From NCBI GenBank assembly GCA_036374435.1, contig DASUTU010000123.1, positions 1,241 to 65,240 on the forward strand: a stretch of 64,000 nucleotides of DNA, given 5' to 3'. The notes under the pieces were generated by a model. The model did no database searches and was not told the DNA's origin. It saw only the letters and a program-made list of their open reading frames with translations. This DNA is from Actinomycetota bacterium. GTDB taxonomy: Bacteria > Actinomycetota > UBA4738 > HRBIN12. The translations under genes were made by a program, and so were the position numbers. Shown piece after piece: positions 8,687-16,689 of this stretch (position 1 is its first letter; each line of letters opens with the position of its first letter).

Positions 8687-9373
8687 TCAGGCCAGCGAGG
8701 CGATCAACTCGCGGAGGCCCTCCTCCCCGACCTCACCCTCCCCCGCGTAGACCACGACCCCGTCGGCGTCGACGAGGTAGAGGGTGGGGGTGCCGCGTAT
8801 CCCGAGAGCGGTGGCCGCCGTGCCGCCCTCGTCGTCGATGAGTGTCGGCGCCGTGATGTCGTTCTCGCGCAGGAACTCGCCGGCGTCGGGTCCGGGAGCC
8901 GCTCCGATCGAGGTCACGACCGTGACGAACCCGATGTCCGGGAAGTCCCCCAGGACCCGGCTCAGGACGGGGAGCTCGACCTGACAGTGGCTGCACCACG
9001 GGGCCCAGATCGACAGGGCCGTCGGGCGGCCGTCGAAGTCCGACCAGCTGACGGTTCCGCCCCCGATGGCGGGCCCGGAGAAGCCGGGCACGGTCTCGCC
9101 CACGGCCAGGGGTTCGCCCTGCCGCGAGGGCCCGTCGACGGTGACCTTACCCGCGGCCGAAGGGCCCACGGATGAGCCCTGGCCGCCGTCGTCTCCCTCC
9201 ATCAAGGCGAAGACGGCCAGCGCCACGAACGCGATCAGCGCCAGGCCGCCGATGACGTAGGCGACCGTGCGGCGTTGCGCCTGTCGTCTGCGGGCGGCCT
9301 CCCGGACCTCAGCCGCGGCCCGCCGGCGCTCCCGCTTGCTCTGCTTGTCGATCGGCTCCGTCGTCTTGCTCAT
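8687..9373 (-). CDS. TlpA/ResA-like thioredoxin-fold thiol-disulfide oxidoreductase, membrane anchored
   Basis: WAPWCSHCQ CxxC motif. N-terminal TM (VAYVIGGLALIAFVALAVFAL). ATG at 9373 after GGAGG. Confidence 0.8.
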   Translation of the reverse strand: MSKTTEPIDKQSKRERRRAAAEVREAARRRQAQRRTVAYVIGGLALIAFVALAVFALMEGDDGGQGSSVGPSAAGKVTVDGPSRQGEPLAVGETVPGFSGPAIGGGTVSWSDFDGRPTALSIWAPWCSHCQVELPVLSRVLGDFPDIGFVTVVTSIGAAPGPDAGEFLRENDITAPTLIDDEGGTAATALGIRGTPTLYLVDADGVVVYAGEGEVGEEGLRELIASLA

Positions 9374-9836
9374 GGTCGGCCTCCGTCGTGGCGAACAGGT
9401 TGTCGAGCTGCCACGGCCCACGCGGCCGAACCGCGAGGTAGACGCCGAACAGCACGATCGGGATGTCTCGGACGATGTCCCACCAACTCACGCCCTGGCC
9501 CGGGCCGCCGCCACCGAAGCAGCCGCAGTCGATCTCGAGGCCTCGTGCCTTGGCCTGCCCCATCGCCGCGATGAACATCACGCCGAGCGCCGCGGTCGTC
9601 ACGCCGGCGAACCGGACGAACAACCCGGCCACGAGCAGGAACGCCACGGCGATCTCGACCCAGGGCAGGACCGCGGCCACCAGGCGGACCCCGGCCTCCG
9701 GGAGCAGGTCGTAGGCGTCCACGGCCAGGATCGACTCCTGGCGGTCGAACGCCTTGGACAGACCCGCCCACAGCAGCAGGGCGGCCGGGCCGAGCCGACC
9801 GACCAACCTGAGCGCGAGCAGGGCCGTGCGAGACAT
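9309..9836 (-). CDS. MauE/DoxX-family membrane protein (methylamine utilisation MauE-like)
   Basis: Four predicted TM helices, a CGCFGGGG motif and DoxX-like topology. It overlaps the downstream TlpA-like gene by 65 nt, suggesting a coupled redox pair. Confidence 0.7.
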   Translation of the reverse strand: MSRTALLALRLVGRLGPAALLLWAGLSKAFDRQESILAVDAYDLLPEAGVRLVAAVLPWVEIAVAFLLVAGLFVRFAGVTTAALGVMFIAAMGQAKARGLEIDCGCFGGGGPGQGVSWWDIVRDIPIVLFGVYLAVRPRGPWQLDNLFATTEADHEQDDGADRQAEQAGAPAGRG

Positions 9837-9944
9837 GTCCCTTCATGCTCGGGACACGGATCGTCGGAGGGGAAGGCCCTTCGACCCGTTCCCGCTAGGA
9901 CGGGCGGACCGATTCAGCTGTGAGCGGGCGCCCGACCGGACCCG

Positions 9945-10811
9945 TCAGGGCCACCGGGCGACCATGACCCGAGTGACCTTGAATCCTCGATCCATCGTGC
10001 TCCGTACGTCGCGGAACCCGGCGGCGCGCAGGACCGAGGCCACCGCCCGCGAGCGGTCGGGGCTGACCTCGACGAGGAGCCAGCCTCCCGGCTCGAGCCA
10101 GGCGCCGGCCTCCTCCACGGTCCGCCCGATCAGGCCGAGGCCGTCCCAGCTCCGATCGGTCAAGGTGTGGGCCGGCTCCCACCGCCGGATCTCCTCGGGG
10201 AGGTCGCGGACCTCCTGCCGGGCCACGTACGGCGGGTGGAGCGTCACCACGTCCACCGTCCCGCGCAGCGACGACGGCAGGGCGTCGAAGAGGTCGCCGA
10301 CGAAGAACGTGGCCCGTTTCGCCAGGCCGAGACGAGCGGCGTTCTGGCGGGCCACCCGGACGGCCTGACGCGAGATGTCGGTCCCGACGGTGCGGGCGGT
10401 CCGGACCTCGTTTGCCACCGCCAGGGCCACCGTCCCACCGCCCGTGGCGACGTCCACGTGGACCGGCCGGCGACGGCGCCGGAGCCGCCGGACGGCCTGC
10501 TCGGCGAGGAACTCGGTCGAGTCGCGGGGAACGAACACGCCCGGACGGATCAGGATCTCGAGGCCGCGGAACGTCGCGTACCCCTTGATGAGCTGCGTGG
10601 GCTCGCCGAGGGCTCGCCGATCCACGTACCGGTCGAACCGGCGACGGGCCGCCGCCGGGATCTCCGCGTCCGGATCGAGCTCGTCCACGCCCAGCGCGTG
10701 GCACAGGAGGTCCTCCGCCTCGATCAGCTCGCGGTCGCGCTGCCAGTGGTCGATGGCCTCCGAGGCCTCGAGCACCCGGACCGCGCGATCGAGCGCCTCC
10801 GCCGTGTTCAC
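9945..10811 (-). CDS. PrmC/HemK-related protein N5-glutamine methyltransferase family protein
   Basis: GTG at 10811 (VNTAEALDRAVRVLEASE...). SAM-binding motif VDVATGGGTVALAVANE. Catalytic motif VVTLHPPYV, i.e. HPPY in place of the canonical NPPY. The upstream 150 codons of the listed ORF are shadow. Confidence 0.7.
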   Translation of the reverse strand: MNTAEALDRAVRVLEASEAIDHWQRDRELIEAEDLLCHALGVDELDPDAEIPAAARRRFDRYVDRRALGEPTQLIKGYATFRGLEILIRPGVFVPRDSTEFLAEQAVRRLRRRRRPVHVDVATGGGTVALAVANEVRTARTVGTDISRQAVRVARQNAARLGLAKRATFFVGDLFDALPSSLRGTVDVVTLHPPYVARQEVRDLPEEIRRWEPAHTLTDRSWDGLGLIGRTVEEAGAWLEPGGWLLVEVSPDRSRAVASVLRAAGFRDVRSTMDRGFKVTRVMVARWP

Positions 10812-10868
10812 GGGCGAGGACGGTACCAGCGGGGCGTGTGCTCGCCACCGCCGTGGGACAATCGGCGC

Positions 10869-11228
10869 ATGGCGAAGAGCGGCGCCGCCAAGGTGAAGAC
10901 GGCTCGACCCAAGGCCGACGACGTTCGCCTGACGGGCGACCGCATCGTGGTGCACCACCCCGAAGACGGGGAACGCAAGACTCGCGGTGGCCTGCTGATC
11001 CCCGCGACGGCGGCCCCGGCCCCGCGACGATGCATCTGGGGCGACGTCCTGCTGGTTGGCCCCGACGTCCGCAACGTCCGGCCGGGAGACCGGATCCTGT
11101 ACCTGCCCCAGGCCGGGCTCGAGCTCGAGCTGGACGGCCACGACTACCTGCTCCTGCGCGAGCGCGACGTCCAGGCCGTCCAGTCGCCGGCCGACGGCGC
11201 CGAAGGACAACCCGGCCAGTACCTCTAG
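10869..11228 (+). CDS. GroES (Cpn10)-like co-chaperonin family protein, orphan and divergent
   Basis: MAKSGAAKVKTARPKADDVRLTGDRIVVHHPEDGERKTRGGLLIPATAAPAPRRCIWGDVLLVGPDVRNVRPGDRILYLPQAGLELELDGHDYLLLRERDVQAVQ follows the GroES pattern (DRI.V...E..T.GGL.IP.TA....G.V.AVGP......GD.I.Y......E.E..G..YL.L...D.LAV). High GC3. Confidence 0.55.
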   Translation: MAKSGAAKVKTARPKADDVRLTGDRIVVHHPEDGERKTRGGLLIPATAAPAPRRCIWGDVLLVGPDVRNVRPGDRILYLPQAGLELELDGHDYLLLRERDVQAVQSPADGAEGQPGQYL

Positions 11229-11629
11229 CCGCCGACGAACGTCAGCCGCAGGTGGCGCACGTCGTTGTCGCGGTTCGGGTCGATCAACACGACCCGCTGC
11301 CACGTCCCGAGCGCGAGCCGGCCGCCGTCCACGGGCAGGACCAGTGAAGGCGAGACGAACACCGGGAGGAGGTGGTCGCCGCCGTGCCCGGGCGAGCCGT
11401 GTCGGTGCCGGTACCGATCGTCCCGCGGGAGGAACCGCTCGAGGGCTTCGTCCAGATCCTCCTCGGAGCCCGACCCGGTCTCCATCAGCGCCAGGCCCGC
11501 CGTGGCGTGCGGGGCGAAAACGTGGACGAGCCCGTCCCGCCCGGCCGAGGACGCGAAGGCGAGGACGCGGTCCGTCACGTCAACGACGCGTCGCCCTCGG
11601 GTCTCGAGGCGGATCTCCTCGACGTCCAC
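11225..11629 (-). CDS. YjbQ/UPF0047 family protein (secondary thiamine-phosphate synthase-like)
   Basis: ETRGRRVVDVTDRVLAF...HATAGLALMETGSGSEEDLDEALERFLP...HLLPVFVSPSLVLPVDGGRLALGTWQRVVLIDPN is typical of YjbQ. Confidence 0.75.
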   Translation of the reverse strand: MDVEEIRLETRGRRVVDVTDRVLAFASSAGRDGLVHVFAPHATAGLALMETGSGSEEDLDEALERFLPRDDRYRHRHGSPGHGGDHLLPVFVSPSLVLPVDGGRLALGTWQRVVLIDPNRDNDVRHLRLTFVGG

Positions 11630-11635
11630 CGAGGT

Positions 11636-12235
11636 CTATGGGGACGGTGGTGGCGGTGGCGGCGCTCCGCCCGTCTCCTGGATCGGGGCTGCCGGTGAAG
11701 GGGCGACGGCCATGCCAACGGGTGCCTGGGCCGGCTCGGCCCCCGCCTGCTCCTTGCGTCGAGCAAGCATCAACAGGCCGCCGATCAGCGCGAGCGCCCC
11801 GCCCGCGAGGACCAAAATCAACCCGATCCCCATCGAGATCTCGAGCTGGCCACCGTCGACCAGCAGGTCGACCCCGGCGCGAGCCTCCTCGACGCTCACC
11901 CCGAGCTGCGGCGCCAGCTCCTCGGCGATCGAGTCCCGGACGGTGAGCGCGTCGTACACGCCGAGGCCCCCGCCGACGAGTCCGGCCAGGATCACCACCA
12001 CGGCGATGGCGCGACGGCCGCTGCGGATCGCCAGGAAGCCGGCCAGGATCGCGACCAGCCCGGCGGCGAAGGTGATCCATCCGTCGGAGCCGTCGACGCC
12101 GGTGGTCGACTCGTCGAACCCGCCCCCGGACAGCGTCACCCACACCAGGAACGATCCGATCGCGAGCAGGGCTCCGCCCACGATCGCCAGGGCGCTTCCG
12201 ATCGGCGTTGCTCCACCCGCGCTGGGCTGCTGCAT
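11636..12235 (-). CDS. membrane protein (4-5 TM), hypothetical
   Basis: ATG at 12235 after GGGGGGA. Product MQQPSAGGATPIGSALAIVGGALLAIGSFLVWVTLSGGGFDESTTGVDGSDGWITFAAGLVAILAGFLAI... with a Pro-rich C-terminus. Confidence 0.6.
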   Translation of the reverse strand: MQQPSAGGATPIGSALAIVGGALLAIGSFLVWVTLSGGGFDESTTGVDGSDGWITFAAGLVAILAGFLAIRSGRRAIAVVVILAGLVGGGLGVYDALTVRDSIAEELAPQLGVSVEEARAGVDLLVDGGQLEISMGIGLILVLAGGALALIGGLLMLARRKEQAGAEPAQAPVGMAVAPSPAAPIQETGGAPPPPPPSP

Positions 12236-12765
12236 GCCATCCCCCCGTGTCGACGACGCCCCATCCTTCCATCCGGGGCGGGCGGGGTCCAACGCCGGTT
12301 GAGCGCGGACGCCGGCTCGTCGAACACCAGGAGCTCGGGCTCGGACACGATCGTCGCCGCGATGCCCAGGCGCTGGAGCATGCCTCGGGAGAAGCCACCC
12401 ACGCGACGCCGGGCGACGTCGGCGAGCCCGACCTCCGACAGCGCGGAGCCCACCGACGACGCCCCGAGCTCCGGGGCCACCATGGCCCGGGCCAGGTCGA
12501 CCACCTCGTGGGCCGTGAGCCAGGGGTCGAACCGTGGCGTGTCCGGCATCACCGCCAGGCGACGGCGTTCGACCCCCAGCCCGACCTGGCCGCCGGTCGG
12601 CCGGCGGAGCCCCGCGACCAGGCCGATCAGCGTGCTCTTGCCCGCCCCGTTCGGGCCGACGAGCCCGTACACCGTCCCCGACTCCACCGACAGGTCCACG
12701 TCGGCAAGGGCGACGGTCGAGCCGTAGGTCTTCCGCAGGCCCGAGGTCTCCAAGACGGCGCTCAC
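12136..12765 (-). pseudogene. ABC transporter ATP-binding protein, truncated or degenerate after the Walker B motif
   Basis: Walker A GPNGAGKST, signature FSRGMLQRL and Walker B LLVFDEPASAL are present. The frame then runs into non-ABC sequence (NRRWTPPAPDG...) with no D-loop or H-loop. The 3' 100 nt overlap the next gene. Confidence 0.45.
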
Positions 12766-12855
12766 GGCCCAAGACTACGGAGCGCGATGGAGCCGATTGA
12801 CGTATGTGTGTAATGGTGTAATCATCCCGTCGAGGAGATGGGCTTGGAGGCGGGC

Positions 12856-13365
12856 ATGGACGAAGAGCTTCAGGGCTGGTTCGCCGGGCGCCTGCCCGAG
12901 GACTGGTTCGTCGGGCAGGCGGAGGTCCGCTCCGACCGGGAGGAGATCCTCGTGGTGGGGACGCTCTCGGATCCCGAGTTGCCCGAAGGGGCCTCGGCGG
13001 AGACGGCCTCGGCGGCGCGCCTGGCCCGGATCGACGGGTTCCGGGAGGACACGCGGCAGCGGCGGATGCGCATCGCCCAGGAGGCGCAGCATCGGTTCGG
13101 CCGGCGGGTGTCCTGGGGGGCGCAGTGCGGCGACCTCCGGAAGCTGTTCACGACCGTGAGCGTCCCGGCCATGACGCGACTGCGGATGGCCGAACGCCAC
13201 GTGCTCGACACGCTGGTCGAGGCCGGGGTGGCGCGTTCACGCAGCCACGCGCTCGCCTGGTGTGTGCGTCTGGTGGCCGAGCGGCAGGAGGAGTGGCTGA
13301 AGGACCTGCGCGAGGCGCTCACGCACGTGGAGAAGGTGCGCAAGGAGGGGCCCACCTCGGCCTGA
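12856..13365 (+). CDS. hypothetical protein
   Basis: ATG at 12856 after GGAGGCGGG. High GC3. Product MDEELQGWFAGRLPEDWFVGQAEVRSDREEILVVGTLSDPELPEG... Confidence 0.5.
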   Translation: MDEELQGWFAGRLPEDWFVGQAEVRSDREEILVVGTLSDPELPEGASAETASAARLARIDGFREDTRQRRMRIAQEAQHRFGRRVSWGAQCGDLRKLFTTVSVPAMTRLRMAERHVLDTLVEAGVARSRSHALAWCVRLVAERQEEWLKDLREALTHVEKVRKEGPTSA

Positions 13366-13372
13366 GCGAGGC

Positions 13373-13567
13373 CTACTCGGCCCCGAGGCCCATCCGGTAG
13401 AGCTTGCGGCCGCGCCCCCGGTCATACAGGACGACTTCCTCCACCCCGTTCTCGGCGAGGTCCCGCCACGACACGCCGATCCAGTCCTCGGCCGCCTCGG
13501 GGTCAGGGAAGTGCGAGGAGCGGCCCACCTCCTGGCCGCTCTGGTCGAGGTAGGTCCAGCCGTACAT
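13373..13567 (-). CDS. small hypothetical protein (64 aa)
   Basis: MYGWTYLDQSGQEVGRSSHFPDPEAAEDWIGVSWRDLAENGVEEVVLYDRGRGRKLYRMGLGAE. Coupled to the upstream small ORF. Confidence 0.35.
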   Translation of the reverse strand: MYGWTYLDQSGQEVGRSSHFPDPEAAEDWIGVSWRDLAENGVEEVVLYDRGRGRKLYRMGLGAE

Positions 13568-13776
13568 CAGGGCCTCCGAATGGCCACGATCATGTTGGCG
13601 GCGCTGCTCACGAGCACGCGATCTCCCGCTTCGAGGTCTTCGGGGATGGATTCGGCGCCCAGGCGGGCCGTCTGGATCCTCTGATCCGGGTAGACGACCG
13701 TCACGTCGGCAAACGGCGATCCGTGGATCTCGAACCGGCGGACCTCGCGAACCTCGGCCTCTTGCTCCCCCAGCAC
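13567..13776 (-). CDS. small hypothetical protein (69 aa)
   Basis: GTG start. Its stop overlaps the start of the next small ORF (TGATG), so the two appear translationally coupled. Confidence 0.35.
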   Translation of the reverse strand: MLGEQEAEVREVRRFEIHGSPFADVTVVYPDQRIQTARLGAESIPEDLEAGDRVLVSSAANMIVAIRRP

Positions 13777-13894
13777 GATCGCGCAGGCTACCGCAGCTTC
13801 GGCCGGTCGTCAGGGCCCGAATCCGTGCGCGGAGCGCGTTCGTCCTCTTCCAGGCTCAAGCGGGCGTCCCGCAGGGTCGAGGACCTCTTACGAG

Positions 13895-15148
13895 ATGACC
13901 ACGCGGCCCCTGCGGCGTCTCGTCGCCGTCTCCGTTTGCCTTGCCGTCGTGCTGCTCCCACAGCCGGCCTCCTCCGACGACGCCGGTCGCTGGGATCGCG
14001 CGGGCGACCGCGCGTCCGGTCCGCCCGACTGGCGGGTCCAGGCCCCCTTCTCGACGAACGGCATCAAGTGGGCCGACGTGCCGAAGGACCATTGGGCCAA
14101 GACGGCCATCGACTACGTCGCCGCGACGAACACGTGGATGCGCGACCGGCGGAGGGCCGGACCCGACGGGCGACACGAGTTTCGTCCCGACGCCCTCGAG
14201 CCGCGGAGGTTGTTCGCGAGAGCGCTGGTCCGCGCGTTCGGTGCCGGACTCGCCTCAGACGCGACGGTTACATTCACGGATCTTCCCGACACGCACCGTC
14301 TCTACCGGTTCGCGAACATCGCCGTCTCGCAGGGATGGATCGAGGCGGAGGACGGCGCCTTCCTTCCCCGGCGCAAGGTGACGACGCGCGAGGTGCATCG
14401 GGCGCTCGTCCTCGCCCTCGGCCTCGGCGACGTGGCGACGGCCGCCGAGGCGATCACGCTGCGCGACGGCACGACGGTCGCCGCGCCGGAGGGGTCCGGC
14501 ACATTGCTCCTCGGGATGCGGATGGGCCTGCGCTACAACCACGACGACGAGGCCCTCGACGTCGGACCCGACTCGCCGCTCACCCGAGCCGAGGTGGCAT
14601 GGTCCCTGTACCGAGGCTCGACGATGCCGAGCTGGGTGCACGCCTCGCTCGCCGAGTACTCGGCGATCGAGCTCCCGACCCTGTCGGAGACGATGCGGCA
14701 GGTCCTGGACTGGGGCCTGCGATACGTGGCGTACCCGTACATCTGGGCCGGCGAGTGGGACCAGGAGTCGCCGGACGGCTACTGCTGTGGCTACCAGCCG
14801 CAGGGCGGGTTCGACTGCTCGGGGCTGGCGTGGTGGCTGATGAAGAAGGCCGAAGGGGGCTGGAGCAACGTCCCCCCGCGTGACTACGAGGGATGGAGCC
14901 TTCCCCAGCGGAGCTCGGCGCAGATGTCCTCGGTCGGCGGCACGCTCGCCTGGGACGACGCCCGGCCCGGAGACCTGATGCTCTACGACGGGAACGACGA
15001 CGGCGTCGTGGACCACGTCAACGTGTACCTCGGCAACGGCTGGGCGCTGGACTCGAGCAGCGGCGGTGGAGGGGTCACGCTGCTGAAGGTGGCGGGGAGC
15101 TGGTACGAGGACCACTTCGTGCACGCCCGACGCATCACGAAGAAGTAG
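13895..15148 (+). CDS. secreted cell-wall hydrolase: SLH-domain repeats + C-terminal NlpC/P60 peptidase domain
   Basis: Signal peptide (LVAVSVCLAVVLLPQPASS). SLH-like motifs (WADVPKDHWAKTAIDYVAA; FTDLPDTHRLYRFANIAVSQGWI). NlpC/P60 catalytic Cys (GGFDCSGLAWW) and His (VDHVNVYLGNGW). Confidence 0.8.
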   Translation: MTTRPLRRLVAVSVCLAVVLLPQPASSDDAGRWDRAGDRASGPPDWRVQAPFSTNGIKWADVPKDHWAKTAIDYVAATNTWMRDRRRAGPDGRHEFRPDALEPRRLFARALVRAFGAGLASDATVTFTDLPDTHRLYRFANIAVSQGWIEAEDGAFLPRRKVTTREVHRALVLALGLGDVATAAEAITLRDGTTVAAPEGSGTLLLGMRMGLRYNHDDEALDVGPDSPLTRAEVAWSLYRGSTMPSWVHASLAEYSAIELPTLSETMRQVLDWGLRYVAYPYIWAGEWDQESPDGYCCGYQPQGGFDCSGLAWWLMKKAEGGWSNVPPRDYEGWSLPQRSSAQMSSVGGTLAWDDARPGDLMLYDGNDDGVVDHVNVYLGNGWALDSSSGGGGVTLLKVAGSWYEDHFVHARRITKK

Positions 15149-15554
15149 CCGGCTCGGCGCTGCTTCCGATCTCCTCTTCCAGGGCCTGCCGCTCGCCGTC
15201 GGAGAGTGGCCGCGACGCTCCGGTCGCCGGGTCCCGTGGCACCGTGACGGCGGACGCGACCGCCGACACCGTCCCGTCGAGCTTCACGATCTCCTCGCGC
15301 GTACGAACGCTCGACCGGCCGATCGACTCGAGCCGGCATCGGACGATCACGGCGCCATCCTCCTGAACCAGCTCGCTGCGGTAGTCGATCTCGACGCGGG
15401 CCAGGACGAAGTGCCACGTATCGATGACCGGCCCCAGCACCCTGGCCACCCAGGCGTCGCGCGCCTCCTCGAGGTAGGTCAGGTACACCGCGTTGTTGAC
15501 GTGGCCGTAGGCGTCCACGTCGCGCCAGCGGATCTCGATGCGGCGTTCGAGCAT
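15135..15554 (-). CDS. acyl-CoA thioesterase, 4HBT (hotdog) family
   Basis: IRWRDVDAYGHVNNAVYLTYLEEAR... matches the YbgC/4HBT signature. Confidence 0.75.
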   Translation of the reverse strand: MLERRIEIRWRDVDAYGHVNNAVYLTYLEEARDAWVARVLGPVIDTWHFVLARVEIDYRSELVQEDGAVIVRCRLESIGRSSVRTREEIVKLDGTVSAVASAVTVPRDPATGASRPLSDGERQALEEEIGSSAEPATSS

Positions 15555-15784
15555 CAGGGCTCGATCCGGTCCACCTGGAGACCCTGCTCGGCCAGCCAGG
15601 CGATCGCCGAGGCCACCCGGTCGTCCTCGCCGGTCACCTCGAGGATGATCCAGCCACCTCGCTCTTCCTCCAGGTTGGCCCGCCGGATGTTCACCAGGAG
15701 CTCGAAGTCGGCTCCCAGCGTATGCACGATCGGCTGAGACATCAGGTGCTGCGGGAACGTGAGGTGCAACCGAGACGTCGTCAC
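15554..15784 (-). CDS. NIL domain-containing protein
   Basis: MTTSRLHLTFPQHLMSQPIVHTLGADFELLVNIRRANLEEERGGWIILEVTGEDDRVASAIAWLAEQGLQV. The TGA-ATG overlap with the thioesterase shares one base. Confidence 0.65.
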   Translation of the reverse strand: MTTSRLHLTFPQHLMSQPIVHTLGADFELLVNIRRANLEEERGGWIILEVTGEDDRVASAIAWLAEQGLQVDRIEP

Positions 15785-15824
15785 CGGCGGATCATGCCAC
15801 GCGGGAGGCGGACCGGCCCCTGTG

Positions 15825-16556
15825 TCAGGCGGGCTGGTCGAAGCGCACCAGCTCCTCGCGGGCCGAGCCGCCGGAGACCTCGAGCACCAGAACAGGCCCG
15901 ACGCCGCGAGCGTAGAGCTTGTATTCGAGGACCCTCGGCTCGAGCGGCGTGAAGTCCTTGGTCAGGAGCACGTCGCGGAACGTTCCGACCCGGACCTGCG
16001 CCCGCTCCTGGACGCTCAATACCTGCGCGGCGTCTTCGGCGTGGCCGGCGTAGTGCTCCTGCCGGTACGAGAGGCCCGCGACCGGCTCGGCGGGCATCAC
16101 GACGCCCGCCTGAGCTCCGTCGACCCCGGCCTCCCACGATCCCTCCGTGCTCACGACCTCCCCGTCCTCATACTCCTTGCTCCGCTCGCCGAGGTACCAG
16201 ACGTTTCCGCAGACGTCTTGCGCGAACCAGTCCAGGGTGTCTTCGACCGGCTCTCCGCGCTCGGTGACGACGTCGCGGGCCACCGTAGTGTCGATGCCGA
16301 GGATCCGCCGGGTCCGGTCCTTGACGGTGACCACGACCTTCTGCGCCCCGCCGGTCTGCCGATACACCCACCGCGTTCCGGGAGCCATCGGCCAGTAGGG
16401 GTTGTCGATCCGGTCTAAGAAGTCGGCCGGGTCCAGCTCGACCGGCTCGTCGCCCGTGGGCATCGGGACGGGGCACGTGCTCCGTCCGGCGGCTCCGGCC
16501 GGGACGATCCCGAGGATCGAAAGCGCGATCACGAGCGCGATCCTTACGGGTCTCAT
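15825..16556 (-). CDS. secreted hypothetical protein
   Basis: N-terminal signal peptide MRPVRIALVIALSILGIVPAGAAG. High GC3. No recognised domain. Confidence 0.55.
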   Translation of the reverse strand: MRPVRIALVIALSILGIVPAGAAGRSTCPVPMPTGDEPVELDPADFLDRIDNPYWPMAPGTRWVYRQTGGAQKVVVTVKDRTRRILGIDTTVARDVVTERGEPVEDTLDWFAQDVCGNVWYLGERSKEYEDGEVVSTEGSWEAGVDGAQAGVVMPAEPVAGLSYRQEHYAGHAEDAAQVLSVQERAQVRVGTFRDVLLTKDFTPLEPRVLEYKLYARGVGPVLVLEVSGGSAREELVRFDQPA

Positions 16557-16589
16557 CGCGAACCTCCTCCATCCGGCTTTCGGCAGTGT

Positions 16590-16653
16590 CGAACCGGTTC
16601 GCTGAACCGGTGCTGAAGGCGCCGTGCCGGTGGTTCAGCCGGGATTCAGCCGG
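16590..16653. promoter_or_regulatory. repeat-rich promoter region of the two-component operon: 12-bp palindrome CGAACCGGTTCG plus direct repeats TTCAGCCGG x2 spaced 11 bp
   Basis: Seen in the sequence 37-100 nt upstream of the response-regulator start. OmpR/PhoB-family regulators characteristically bind direct repeats with about 11-bp periodicity. Confidence 0.4.
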
Positions 16654-16689
16654 TCGAGGGATGATGAGCCGGCTCGAAAGGAGGGGTGC

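Noticed and set aside
13777-13894. Possible c-di-AMP (ydaO) riboswitch upstream of the NlpC/P60 hydrolase gene
   Set aside because: This is a context where such riboswitches occur in Actinobacteria. But the leader is only about 118 nt, is shared with a divergent promoter, and I cannot identify the conserved ydaO helices by eye. It needs Rfam cmscan.
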